Shown here one piece after another: positions 16,352-24,801 of a stretch of 37,535 nt of DNA (within the stretch, counting starts at the first letter, position 1; each line of letters starts with the position of its first letter). The stretch is from a virus. Lineage: Duplodnaviria > Caudoviricetes. The DNA lies in the IMG/VR virus record IMGVR_UViG_3300049782_000137, positions 1 through 37,535 of that record, one strand, 5' to 3'. The notes beneath the pieces are model-generated. The model was given only the letters and a program-made list of their open reading frames with translations. It had not been told where the DNA came from and ran no database searches. Position numbers and translations under genes: made by a program.

Positions 16352-17383
16352 ATGGGAAAAAAGTTCTGTAGTTTCCTACTGATTTTCTCACTATTTTTTA
16401 CTCCAATAGGAATTTCTGAAGTTTCTGCTTCAACAGCTGAGTCAACACAAGTAAAAAAACAAGTTTCTTCAGCTTTTAACAAGGTTCTTTCCAAAGGTAA
16501 AGAAGGAAAATATCACATTGACGGAATGACAGTCAATGTAGATTATGATTACGTAGTAGTAGATAAAAAAAGTAAAAAAGTAACAATCCAAGAAAAAAAG
16601 AAAACAGCAAAAGGAATAAAATTTGAGGGTGTTACGTTAGCGCATGGCATAGCTTTCATCCCGCCAAAACGAGAGAATAATGGTTATCCAGGTAAAGGCT
16701 ATGTTTATACCTTTTTTCGAGTAGTAGATACAGATGGCCCAATCGGTCCGCTAAATATTAAGGGAGAAGTAGATGTAAATACATCAGATTACCAAAATGG
16801 ACCTTTCAAAGACGATTTTGCTAATGTACAAGTAGATTGGAATTGGTTTGAGTATAGCGAGGGGAGCACAGAATTCAGTACTACTGAGGTGAAAAGTACT
16901 AAATTTTATGAAGTATCTACCGACGTAGAAGTGAAGTTTATGACAAATAAAGATCGAAAGAGAGAAACATGGGGACCACTTTTGGCTAATAAGAAAGCAT
17001 TTGAATACCCTTGTAGATACTACGATCCAGTGAAAACTTGGGTCCCTCTTCAATGTCATGGTGGAGATCATACCTATCAAATACTTTACAAAGATCCTAA
17101 TTCCGACAAAACCATGTACACACCCACAACTACACTTATGAAACAGGTACCGGCTGATCAAAGAGTCCCATGGAACAATGAACTAAGAGGAGAATATATT
17201 GCAAAATATATTCAAACCTATGGAGATCCGAAGAAGAAGGACCCAAAATTCAATTGGAGTGATTATGATATCCATCACATCATTCCGAGAGAATATGGAG
17301 GAACAAACGATTTCAACAACTTGATTCCTTTAAAAAGAGAGTTTCACCAACAAAATGTCACTCCTTGGTGGACCAATTACTAG
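16352..17383 (+). CDS. Secreted protein with C-terminal HNH endonuclease (polymorphic toxin-like)
   Basis: Sec signal MGKKFCSFLLIFSLFFTPIGISEVSA; C-terminal YDIHHIIPREYGGTNDFNNLIPL...H. Confidence 0.85.
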   Translation: MGKKFCSFLLIFSLFFTPIGISEVSASTAESTQVKKQVSSAFNKVLSKGKEGKYHIDGMTVNVDYDYVVVDKKSKKVTIQEKKKTAKGIKFEGVTLAHGIAFIPPKRENNGYPGKGYVYTFFRVVDTDGPIGPLNIKGEVDVNTSDYQNGPFKDDFANVQVDWNWFEYSEGSTEFSTTEVKSTKFYEVSTDVEVKFMTNKDRKRETWGPLLANKKAFEYPCRYYDPVKTWVPLQCHGGDHTYQILYKDPNSDKTMYTPTTTLMKQVPADQRVPWNNELRGEYIAKYIQTYGDPKKKDPKFNWSDYDIHHIIPREYGGTNDFNNLIPLKREFHQQNVTPWWTNY

Positions 17384-17455
17384 AAGTTAATATAAGCATA
17401 TCTGCACTTAGGGTTCATTCAAGATGCGGATATGCTTTTTAAAAGGAGAGTAATT

Positions 17456-17953
17456 ATGAAACTGGTTCATGAAACACTTAATGAATTAAAGAAGCAGTTG
17501 ATTAATAATAAACTATCAATTCAAGAACAAAATGGTGTAGCCATTGAAATGGAGTTTCAGTTTGAAAAACCCGCACCTGAAATAGAAATCGAAGGGTTTA
17601 TCAATTCAACAGGATTATGGTTACCTGAAGACTACAAAGCGTTTTTACAAATACATAATGGTGCCACTCTTTTTCAACCTTGGTATGGAGGGCAATTTGA
17701 GCTATATGGATTAACTAGCATCTATAAGCAAAAGAAACAGGGATTGTTTATGGAATTTTGGTACCCTATTGGATATCAAGATGGTGGTTATTTAATGATT
17801 GATGGAGAGAAAGTTACTCAGGGAGAACAAAACTATTTGCTGTGGTGGGAATCAAGTATTTTTGAAGATGTAAAAAGCCTGAACATGAATTTTTCATCTT
17901 GGTTAAATCAATTTATTATTGCACAAGGAATGAAATTTTGGGATTGTCCCTAA
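17456..17953 (+). CDS. SMI1/KNR4 (SUKH) immunity protein
   Basis: PAPEIEIEGF...LPEDYKAFLQIHNG...FSSWL; SD AAGGAGAG, ATG 17456. Confidence 0.88.
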   Translation: MKLVHETLNELKKQLINNKLSIQEQNGVAIEMEFQFEKPAPEIEIEGFINSTGLWLPEDYKAFLQIHNGATLFQPWYGGQFELYGLTSIYKQKKQGLFMEFWYPIGYQDGGYLMIDGEKVTQGEQNYLLWWESSIFEDVKSLNMNFSSWLNQFIIAQGMKFWDCP

Positions 17954-18270
17954 CGTCATATAATTTTTTTCGTCAAATCGCTAAGAAAAGCGCGGTCATA
18001 CGATCGTGTTTTTCTCTTTATTTGCAATTATATAGACCTAGAAGCTCGAAATTCATAAAATATAGATCGGTAATACGATTTATCATTATTCGTTTTTAAA
18101 TCACGTCACGAGGATGTGAGGGGCTTGTTTTTATATGTAATGAGGTCTGAACAATCTGATTATGTAGAACAGTAAGAATTGTAATAACTAAAATAACACT
18201 ATACAAAAGAGAGATATGCTAAAATAATTCTAGACTGAGATACAGTCTTGTCTTACGAAAAGGTCTTCAC

Positions 18271-18516
18271 ATGTTTAAGCGATCAAAGCAGGTTACTTTT
18301 CACCCCTCTGAAGAAAATGCTATCTGGAAGATTGAATGGCCAGGAGATACTGTCGAAGTAACTTATGACACCGAGATGGTTGATCTTGGTCCCATTATTA
18401 AAGGAGGCATTCCTAGTGATATGACTGTATATCGCAAGGATCTCAAGGTGGGAGAGTCTGTTACTGTGAAGGATCGTAGTAAAAGGAAGATTGCGACTGT
18501 AACTCGTATGAGTTAA
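18271..18516 (+). CDS. Hypothetical moron protein (81 aa)
   Basis: SD AAAGGT; followed by hairpins and a terminator at 18590-18614. Confidence 0.6.
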   Translation: MFKRSKQVTFHPSEENAIWKIEWPGDTVEVTYDTEMVDLGPIIKGGIPSDMTVYRKDLKVGESVTVKDRSKRKIATVTRMS

Positions 18517-18621
18517 GCTCGTAATAATCTTCTGTGTCTGGCAGCATCCAGTTGTCCAGACACCAGAATATAAGTAAATCATATAGATGGAGTCGTCATT
18601 GGGACGGCTCTTTTAATTTGG

Positions 18622-18667
18622 CCTAGAACCAGCAACTGAACGACGAACCCTAATTTGACCAAAAAAT
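18622..18667 (+). repeat. Third copy of the ~46-bp intergenic element
   Basis: 40/46 identical to the reverse complement of 24545-24590. Confidence 0.8.
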
Positions 18668-18793
18668 GGAATCTATCTGACGGACTAGAGCGGCAACCCT
18701 GTCACTACCCCTTTTTGTCCATCCCCTCGAGGTGGAATAAGAAAACCACCTAATCTCTAAGTGCATAGAGGTCATGTGGTTTGTTGTTACTAT

Positions 18794-19162
18794 TTATCGG
18801 ATACGGAGTGAGGAAACTACATCATTCCATGATCTGTTATTGCTTAGCTTTTTCTTGGTGAAATCAGAGTATTTTCCGGGCTTCAATTTCCATTTCCGAC
18901 CTTCGTAGTTGATATGCTCATAGAGAACAACGCCATCGCCGCCGGAAACCTTAGCAGAAGATGCAAGATCGTTCCAATTGTTATTTACTAGGGTGCTATC
19001 ATTGGAGCAGAATTTTATAGAACGACCTTTGAAGTTAATATGCTCATACAGTGTTACACAAGAGCGATGTTGCTTGTGGTTGTTGTGAGCAAATGCGGCA
19101 ACAGGAACGAGAGAGCAGGCAAGGACTACAGCAGAGGTAACAATGGAAATACTTTTTTTCAT
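18794..19162 (-). CDS. Secreted beta/gamma-crystallin domain protein
   Basis: Signal peptide ending AFA; Greek-key repeats LYEHINFKG/LYEHINYEG and Ca-binding motifs NDLASS/NDVVSS; promoter-like TAGACA-17-GATAAT at 19239-19211. Confidence 0.88.
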   Translation of the reverse strand: MKKSISIVTSAVVLACSLVPVAAFAHNNHKQHRSCVTLYEHINFKGRSIKFCSNDSTLVNNNWNDLASSAKVSGGDGVVLYEHINYEGRKWKLKPGKYSDFTKKKLSNNRSWNDVVSSLRIR

Positions 19163-19236
19163 ATAAATGGAACACTCCAATTACAAAATTTTGGGAATTA
19201 ACCCTTTTGTATTATCCCCTAAATATTGTAAATTGT

Positions 19237-19455
19237 CTAGGCGAACAAACTCAACTGCTGGCCATGATCAAAGTTGAGTCTAAATTGCTTATGAGTGAAT
19301 ACTGTACCGCCGAGCTGTAAGCCATCAACGCTTATCGTTTGATCGAATGATACTTGTACATTGCGAGAGGTCACAGCGTCGATCCGAGCGGATACATCTT
19401 CATATGGTGTCCCATCTTTGCCATACCAGATATCATCTATCATTAGCGGTTCCAT
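19237..19455 (-). CDS. Small protein ending in a QLSLF clamp-binding-like motif
   Basis: SD GAGGGTG; 72 aa; C-terminus QQLSLFA. Confidence 0.65.
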   Translation of the reverse strand: MEPLMIDDIWYGKDGTPYEDVSARIDAVTSRNVQVSFDQTISVDGLQLGGTVFTHKQFRLNFDHGQQLSLFA

Positions 19456-19555
19456 TTGGTCACCCTCTCAATTTATACCGTTTTAGACTACTTCTATGGC
19501 TATTTGGTTTAATTGTATCTATAATTAGAATATTAAATCAAATGGAGGAATTTGC

Positions 19556-19762
19556 TTGATGAAATTAAAAGTTACTATGGATAGTGGGAAAGAATACATT
19601 ATTCCAGTAGAAGACTTTGAATGGTTTGAAAACAAAGTCACTAATCAAATGGGTGTACTCGCTAATCATTTTGTAGATATTGCTGGATTGGTTATTGTCC
19701 CTACTCATATATCAACTGTTGAAGAGTACATAGAGGAATCGCCAAAATCAGATCTATTTTAA
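19556..19762 (+). CDS. Hypothetical small protein
   Basis: SD GGAGGA; terminator-like hairpin at 19783-19809. Confidence 0.7.
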   Translation: MMKLKVTMDSGKEYIIPVEDFEWFENKVTNQMGVLANHFVDIAGLVIVPTHISTVEEYIEESPKSDLF

Positions 19763-19831
19763 TATATCACTTTGAACGATTAACCACTTCTCACGAGGTG
19801 GTATTTTTTATGCTCTGGAGGTGGTGAGAAT

Positions 19832-20263
19832 GTGGCAAAAGGTAAATATCAGGAGTGGTTAACAGAAGAGGGATTGTTATTACTGGAAGGATGGGCGCGT
19901 GATGGTCTAACAGATGAGCAAATAGCCGATAATATGGGGATTAATGTCAGGACTCTTTATAAATGGAAACAAGATCATGGGCAGATTTTTCAGGCCTTAA
20001 AAGAGAGTAAAGAAATAGCAGATCGTCATGTAGAAAATGCATTATATAAACGTGCAATAGGCTATAGATTCACAGAACAAACCGTCACAAATAAAGGGAA
20101 AGTGGTTGATGTTGAAAAATATGAACACCCCAATACAACAGCAATCATTTATTGGTTGAAGAACAGAAAACGCAAAACGTGGAAAGACAAACAAGAGATT
20201 GAACACAGTGGTGATGTTGGTTTAAACATCCAAATTGACTACGGAGATGACGAAGATGATTAA
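19832..20263 (+). CDS. terS: Terminase small subunit (HTH type)
   Basis: EGWARDGLTDEQIA...VENALYKRAIG...AIIYWLKNR; directly upstream of terL. Confidence 0.85.
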   Translation: MAKGKYQEWLTEEGLLLLEGWARDGLTDEQIADNMGINVRTLYKWKQDHGQIFQALKESKEIADRHVENALYKRAIGYRFTEQTVTNKGKVVDVEKYEHPNTTAIIYWLKNRKRKTWKDKQEIEHSGDVGLNIQIDYGDDEDD

Positions 20264-21506
20264 TATCAAAGTTCCCTTTAATCGTCATTTCAAAGTAGCC
20301 AATGCAACCAAGAAACGATATCGAGCGTTAAAAGGTTCTGCTGGATCAGGAAAATCAGTGAACGTTGCACAGGATTTTATCCTAAAGTTATCTGATACGA
20401 AATATAAAGGAGCTAACCTTCTTGTTGTTCGTAAAGCCGATGTGACCAACAAACATAGCACATATGCCGAGCTAACAGCCGCTATTTATCGCATATTCGG
20501 AGCTGATTGGGAAAATTACTGGAGTATCAAACAAACTCCAATGGAGCTCAAATGTAAGCTCACTAATAATGGTGTTATCTTTCGTGGTATGAAGGATGAG
20601 AAAGAACGAGAGAAAGTAAAGTCGATAAACTTCCAGCATGGAAAACTTACCTGGATCTGGGTGGAAGAAGCGACAGAACTACAAGAAGCCGACATAGATA
20701 TTTTGGATGACCGTTTGCGTGGTCAGCTTTCTAATAAGAATCTGTACTACCAGATGACGTTTACCTTTAACCCTGTCAGTGCATCCCATTGGATCAAGAA
20801 GAAATATTTTGATGCACCCAATGAGGATATGTTTACCCACCATTCCACTTACTTGGAAAATCGCTTTATAGATGATGCATACCATCGCCGTATGATGCTA
20901 AGACAAGAACAGGATCCAGATGGATATCAAGTGTATGGACTCGGAAACTGGGGCGAGCTTGGAGGGCTTATTCTTTCCAATTACATTGTTCAGGATTTCG
21001 ATACCAGTTATGAGCGGTTTGATACCATGGTCCATGCTCAAGATTTTGGTTTCAATCACTCAAATGCAATACTCACGGTCGGATTTAAGGACGGGGAGTT
21101 ATTTGTGTGTAATGAAATCTATGTCAATGAGATGGACACAAACGAAATCATTCAATTAGCTGATCGACAAGGATTGAGTAAGCAATTGACCATGTATTGT
21201 GATAGCGCGGAACCTGATCGTATACGAATGTGGCAAAAAGCTGGATACAATGCGGCTCCTGTTCATAAGAATCCTGGTAGCGTGAAAGCTCAAATTGATA
21301 TCCTAAAAAAGATGAGGATACACATCCATCCTTCCTGTATGAACACCATCAAAGAGATCCAGCAATGGAAATGGAAAAAGAACACACAAACGAATGAATA
21401 TATCGATGAGCCTGTTGAAGTGTTTGACGATGCAATGGCAGCATTAAGATATTCCATAGAGCCGTTCAGAGGATTAAAAACAGAACCACGGTTAAGATTT
21501 TTATAA
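20256..21506 (+). CDS. terL: Terminase large subunit, PBSX family
   Basis: KGSAGSGKS, WVEEATE, TFNP, QDFG, DSAEP, DDAMAALRY. Confidence 0.95.
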   Translation: MINIKVPFNRHFKVANATKKRYRALKGSAGSGKSVNVAQDFILKLSDTKYKGANLLVVRKADVTNKHSTYAELTAAIYRIFGADWENYWSIKQTPMELKCKLTNNGVIFRGMKDEKEREKVKSINFQHGKLTWIWVEEATELQEADIDILDDRLRGQLSNKNLYYQMTFTFNPVSASHWIKKKYFDAPNEDMFTHHSTYLENRFIDDAYHRRMMLRQEQDPDGYQVYGLGNWGELGGLILSNYIVQDFDTSYERFDTMVHAQDFGFNHSNAILTVGFKDGELFVCNEIYVNEMDTNEIIQLADRQGLSKQLTMYCDSAEPDRIRMWQKAGYNAAPVHKNPGSVKAQIDILKKMRIHIHPSCMNTIKEIQQWKWKKNTQTNEYIDEPVEVFDDAMAALRYSIEPFRGLKTEPRLRFL

Positions 21507-21584
21507 TAGCAGCAATTACAATATTAAAACAATTTGAGGACTCATCCGTATTTATTGCGGATGAGTCCTCCCACTACAGCAGAT

Positions 21585-22073
21585 CTACCTTCCGTTCTGA
21601 AGAATTGTATCAATAATTACTTGGCCTTCAGAGGTCTTCGTCAGATGTGATTTTGACTGGAACTTGCCAGAAACATAATCCATCTGTAGGCGATCTCCCT
21701 TCGGACTCTTAACAATGGTCAATTTGTTAGTAACACCCTGTGAAACTACCAGCCATTCGCTGTCGGAACGCCTGACCACAGAAACATCCTGATAGAGAAA
21801 TTTTCCATTGATTATTTCGACAGGGAATGTGTGTACAGGAAGGCTGTGATGGTCTTTAAGGATGGAGATGGTCAAGTGCATTTCACCATAGACAATCTCG
21901 CTAGCGAGTACACGACCACCAGGACCATTACACAACCTAACTTGAACATAAGGCGCTTCAAGCTGTCCTGTGTTTGTATTGTTCACTTTAATCCACTGTG
22001 TAGCTCGGACATTACCTGCATTAGAATTTTTAAAATAAGCAGTGTTGCACTTATAGTTTTTCTTGCTGACCAT
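21585..22073 (-). CDS. Hypothetical moron protein (about 162 aa) between terL and portal
   Basis: ATG 22073 with SD GAAAGG avoids overlap with portal; 13-bp hairpin at 21536-21570 downstream. Confidence 0.6.
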   Translation of the reverse strand: MVSKKNYKCNTAYFKNSNAGNVRATQWIKVNNTNTGQLEAPYVQVRLCNGPGGRVLASEIVYGEMHLTISILKDHHSLPVHTFPVEIINGKFLYQDVSVVRRSDSEWLVVSQGVTNKLTIVKSPKGDRLQMDYVSGKFQSKSHLTKTSEGQVIIDTILQNGR

Positions 22074-22145
22074 TGGGTAGAGCCTTTCTGTGGGAAGAGC
22101 TGTTTTGGGATCATTTAATAATAACATAATCAAGGAGGTGATAAA

Positions 22146-24161
22146 TTGTTTGATCGGATCAGAAACTTTTTTACTAAACAGAGCCGTACAACGGGAATAA
22201 TTACCATTAACCAAGGGCAACCACAATGGACTGATACCAGATATGACAAACTAGCAGACGAAGGATATACAAAGAACGTCTATGTATATCGGTGTGTGAA
22301 CGCAATAGCAATGGCTTGTGCTGGTATTCCTTGGCTACTCTATCAGAAAAACAGGAAGCTCAAAGAGATAGAAAAACACCCTTTGATTGATCTGCTTGCT
22401 AATCCAAACCCTATCATGGGACAGGCGAAATTCATAGAAAATGTTATTGCTTATCTCCAATTATCAGGGAACAGTTATATTGAAAGAGTGGGACCAAATA
22501 ACGGACCACCAAAAGAGCTTTATACCCTTCGTCCTGATCGAATGGTTGTTGTAGTAGGGAACATTACGCAGCCCATCGCAGGATACGAATACACAGCTAA
22601 TGGGATGAAAACAACTCTATCAAATGAATCTATCTTACATCTGAAAACCTTTCATCCGCTCGATGACTGGTATGGAATGTCACCTATTGAAGCGGCAGCA
22701 CGAACCATTGACCAAAATAATGAAGCAAAAGCATGGAGTGTATCCCTTTTGCAGAATGGTGCACGTCCCTCTGGTGCTTTGATTACACCAGGAAACTTAT
22801 CAGATGAACAATTTTACCGCACCGAAAATCAATTGAATTCGAAATATGCAGGAGCCAAGAACGCAGGGAAACCGATGTTATTAGAGGGTGGGCTTGATTG
22901 GAAAGAGATGTCCTTATCTCCAGTGGATATGTCATGGTTAGAGGGGCAAAAGCTATCATCGAGGGAAATTGCTATAGCCTTTGGTGTACCGCCGGAACTC
23001 ATTGGGGATAGCAGCAATAAAACATATTCCAACTACAAGGAAGCACGACAGGCATTCTATACGGAAACCATATTGCCGTTAATGGATTGGCTACGGGATG
23101 ACTTAAATAGATGGCTTACTCCTCTGTTTGGCGACAATCTCTATCTTGACTATGATCGAGATGAGATTGAAGCTTTACAGGAAGATCGGCAGTCTGTTTG
23201 GGATCGATCTATCAAAGCTGTTGTATCTGGCATTCTGACACCAAACGAAGCAAGGGAAGCACTAGGATATGATGCGATACCAGAAGGAGATAAGCTAAAA
23301 GGATCGTCAGTACAACCACAAGAAGAGCAGCCGGAAGAACAAGAGGATATGTCATCGAATGATAATGAGCCTACCAACGACCAGCAAAAATCGGTTGAAT
23401 GGAAGGCTTTTAATTTGCAAACAAACGAACAAAAAACAGCATACTGGAAATCATTCGATCAATTGAGATCCAAGTGGGAAAAAGCAGTACAAACACAGGT
23501 AACCAAGCTATTTGAGCAAGAAGCACAGCAGGTTATAGAAGCGGTTAGGGGTTCACCAGATACCAAGAGTATTGAGGATAGAGCGTTGAATGCCATCGAT
23601 TCTAAAGCATGGGAACAGCTCTACAAGGCTATCTATACAGGTATCATGGAGGATTTTGGAGAGCGTACCTTGCGAGGGTTGAAGTCCTACACCAATCTAC
23701 AAACAAAACAAAGTAATTGGTTAGATGCGGCTCTTTCTTTTATCCAATCAGCAGTAGGAAAAGTCACACAGATCATTGATACAACCAAAGAGCAGATTAA
23801 AGAAATTATCTCAAAAGGCGTTGTAAATGGTGATGGAATAGATCAGATTGCTGATGGTATTCAAGAACTATATAAGGACATGACACCACGCCGAGCAGAG
23901 ACAATTGCTCGAACAGAAACCATAGCAGCCAGCAATGCAGGTTCGCGGTATGCCGCAATCTCGACAGGGTTATCACTCAAAAAAGAGTGGATCAGTACAC
24001 GTGATTCACGTACTCGGGTTTCTCATAAACACATGGATGGGGAGATCAAAGGGATAGATGAAACCTATTCCAATGGATTGATGTTCCCAGGAGATCCGAG
24101 TACAGGAGATGCATCGGAGACCATCAATTGTCGATGTGCGGAGGGTTATATCACGATATAA
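22146..24161 (+). CDS. HK97-family portal protein fused to MuF (SPP1 gp7-like) minor head domain
   Basis: Portal motifs YGMSP, NGARPSG, IAIAFGVPP, TPNEAR; then RAETIARTE, KEWISTRDSRTRVSH, INCRC. Confidence 0.9.
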   Translation: MFDRIRNFFTKQSRTTGIITINQGQPQWTDTRYDKLADEGYTKNVYVYRCVNAIAMACAGIPWLLYQKNRKLKEIEKHPLIDLLANPNPIMGQAKFIENVIAYLQLSGNSYIERVGPNNGPPKELYTLRPDRMVVVVGNITQPIAGYEYTANGMKTTLSNESILHLKTFHPLDDWYGMSPIEAAARTIDQNNEAKAWSVSLLQNGARPSGALITPGNLSDEQFYRTENQLNSKYAGAKNAGKPMLLEGGLDWKEMSLSPVDMSWLEGQKLSSREIAIAFGVPPELIGDSSNKTYSNYKEARQAFYTETILPLMDWLRDDLNRWLTPLFGDNLYLDYDRDEIEALQEDRQSVWDRSIKAVVSGILTPNEAREALGYDAIPEGDKLKGSSVQPQEEQPEEQEDMSSNDNEPTNDQQKSVEWKAFNLQTNEQKTAYWKSFDQLRSKWEKAVQTQVTKLFEQEAQQVIEAVRGSPDTKSIEDRALNAIDSKAWEQLYKAIYTGIMEDFGERTLRGLKSYTNLQTKQSNWLDAALSFIQSAVGKVTQIIDTTKEQIKEIISKGVVNGDGIDQIADGIQELYKDMTPRRAETIARTETIAASNAGSRYAAISTGLSLKKEWISTRDSRTRVSHKHMDGEIKGIDETYSNGLMFPGDPSTGDASETINCRCAEGYITI

Positions 24162-24210
24162 GGAACAGAACGAGCAAACGAACGACCAACCCTAATTTGA
24201 CCAATAAATG

Positions 24211-24249
24211 AAAAACAGACCGATATATATTTCAGATCGGTCTGTTTTT
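24211..24249. terminator. Bidirectional terminator-like hairpin
   Basis: AAAAACAGACCGAT...ATCGGTCTGTTTTT. Confidence 0.75.
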
Positions 24250-24361
24250 ACACAGGTATGTAAATTTATTCTATTTAAAAACATTATCTTCGGTTCCTCT
24301 CATAGGTTTCACGTATGATACGTGGTCCTATGAGAGGAGTGACCCTTAGGTCAGCGAGTTG

Positions 24362-24433
24362 TCATCGACACGGCCAGCCGATGTCTCCGCCTTCTTTCTC
24401 CGGCGGGTCCATGATTGCGTTGTGGATGAACAT
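24362..24433 (-). CDS. Putative 23-aa micropeptide MFIHNAIMDPPEKEGGDIGWPCR
   Basis: SD GAGAGGA 7 nt before ATG; lies inside the IR cassette; long hairpin and terminator downstream. Confidence 0.45.
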   Translation of the reverse strand: MFIHNAIMDPPEKEGGDIGWPCR

Positions 24434-24612
24434 GGTGTGTTCCTCTCACTAAAAGGGGTGGGTCACCTGCTTTGCTATCATAGTCCATTACATAATATTA
24501 TTCAAATAAAAAATAATTCCCACTATTCCCCCTATAACTAAGATATTTATTGGTCAAATTAGGGTTGGTCGTTCGAATGCTGGTTTTAGGGGCTTTAAGG
24601 AAGGTGATAACA

Positions 24613-24800
24613 CTGAAAATCAGAGATCAAATGATAGGTAAACGGATCGTTGATATCTACGTGGAAGATAAAGAAATTCATAACAATATGTCGCTTCTGA
24701 CAACTTCGTTATCGTGCTAGAAGATGGTTCGAAATTTGAGATGTCTGGAGTTTATGCTAATGATTTTGCAATGATTCAAAAACACAAGGGAGAGGATTGA
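24613..24800 (+). pseudogene. Small frameshifted phage gene before prohead protease
   Basis: SD AAGGAAGGTG; frame 1 KIRDQMIGKRIVDIYVEDKEIH, frame 2 QYVASDNFVIVLEDGSKFE...ED* ending just before the protease start. Confidence 0.45.
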
Positions 24801-24801
24801 A

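Larger units (their letters stand above)
24179..24575. repeat. Perfect 31-bp inverted repeats flanking a ~335-bp cassette
   Basis: CGAACGACCAACCCTAATTTGACCAATAAAT at 24179-24209 and its reverse complement at 24545-24575. Confidence 0.9.

Noticed and set aside
16352-17383. HNH gene as the terminase-associated packaging HNH
   Set aside because: It has a signal peptide, is 343 aa, and is followed by a SUKH immunity gene.
15600-19830. tRNA genes in the pre-terminase region
   Set aside because: No cloverleaf with a T-loop GTTCRA and acceptor stem found by eye; tRNAscan-SE would be decisive.
24359-24541. Plus-strand 60-aa ORF in the IR cassette
   Set aside because: TTG start without a properly spaced SD; the minus-strand micro-ORF has a better SD and terminator arrangement.
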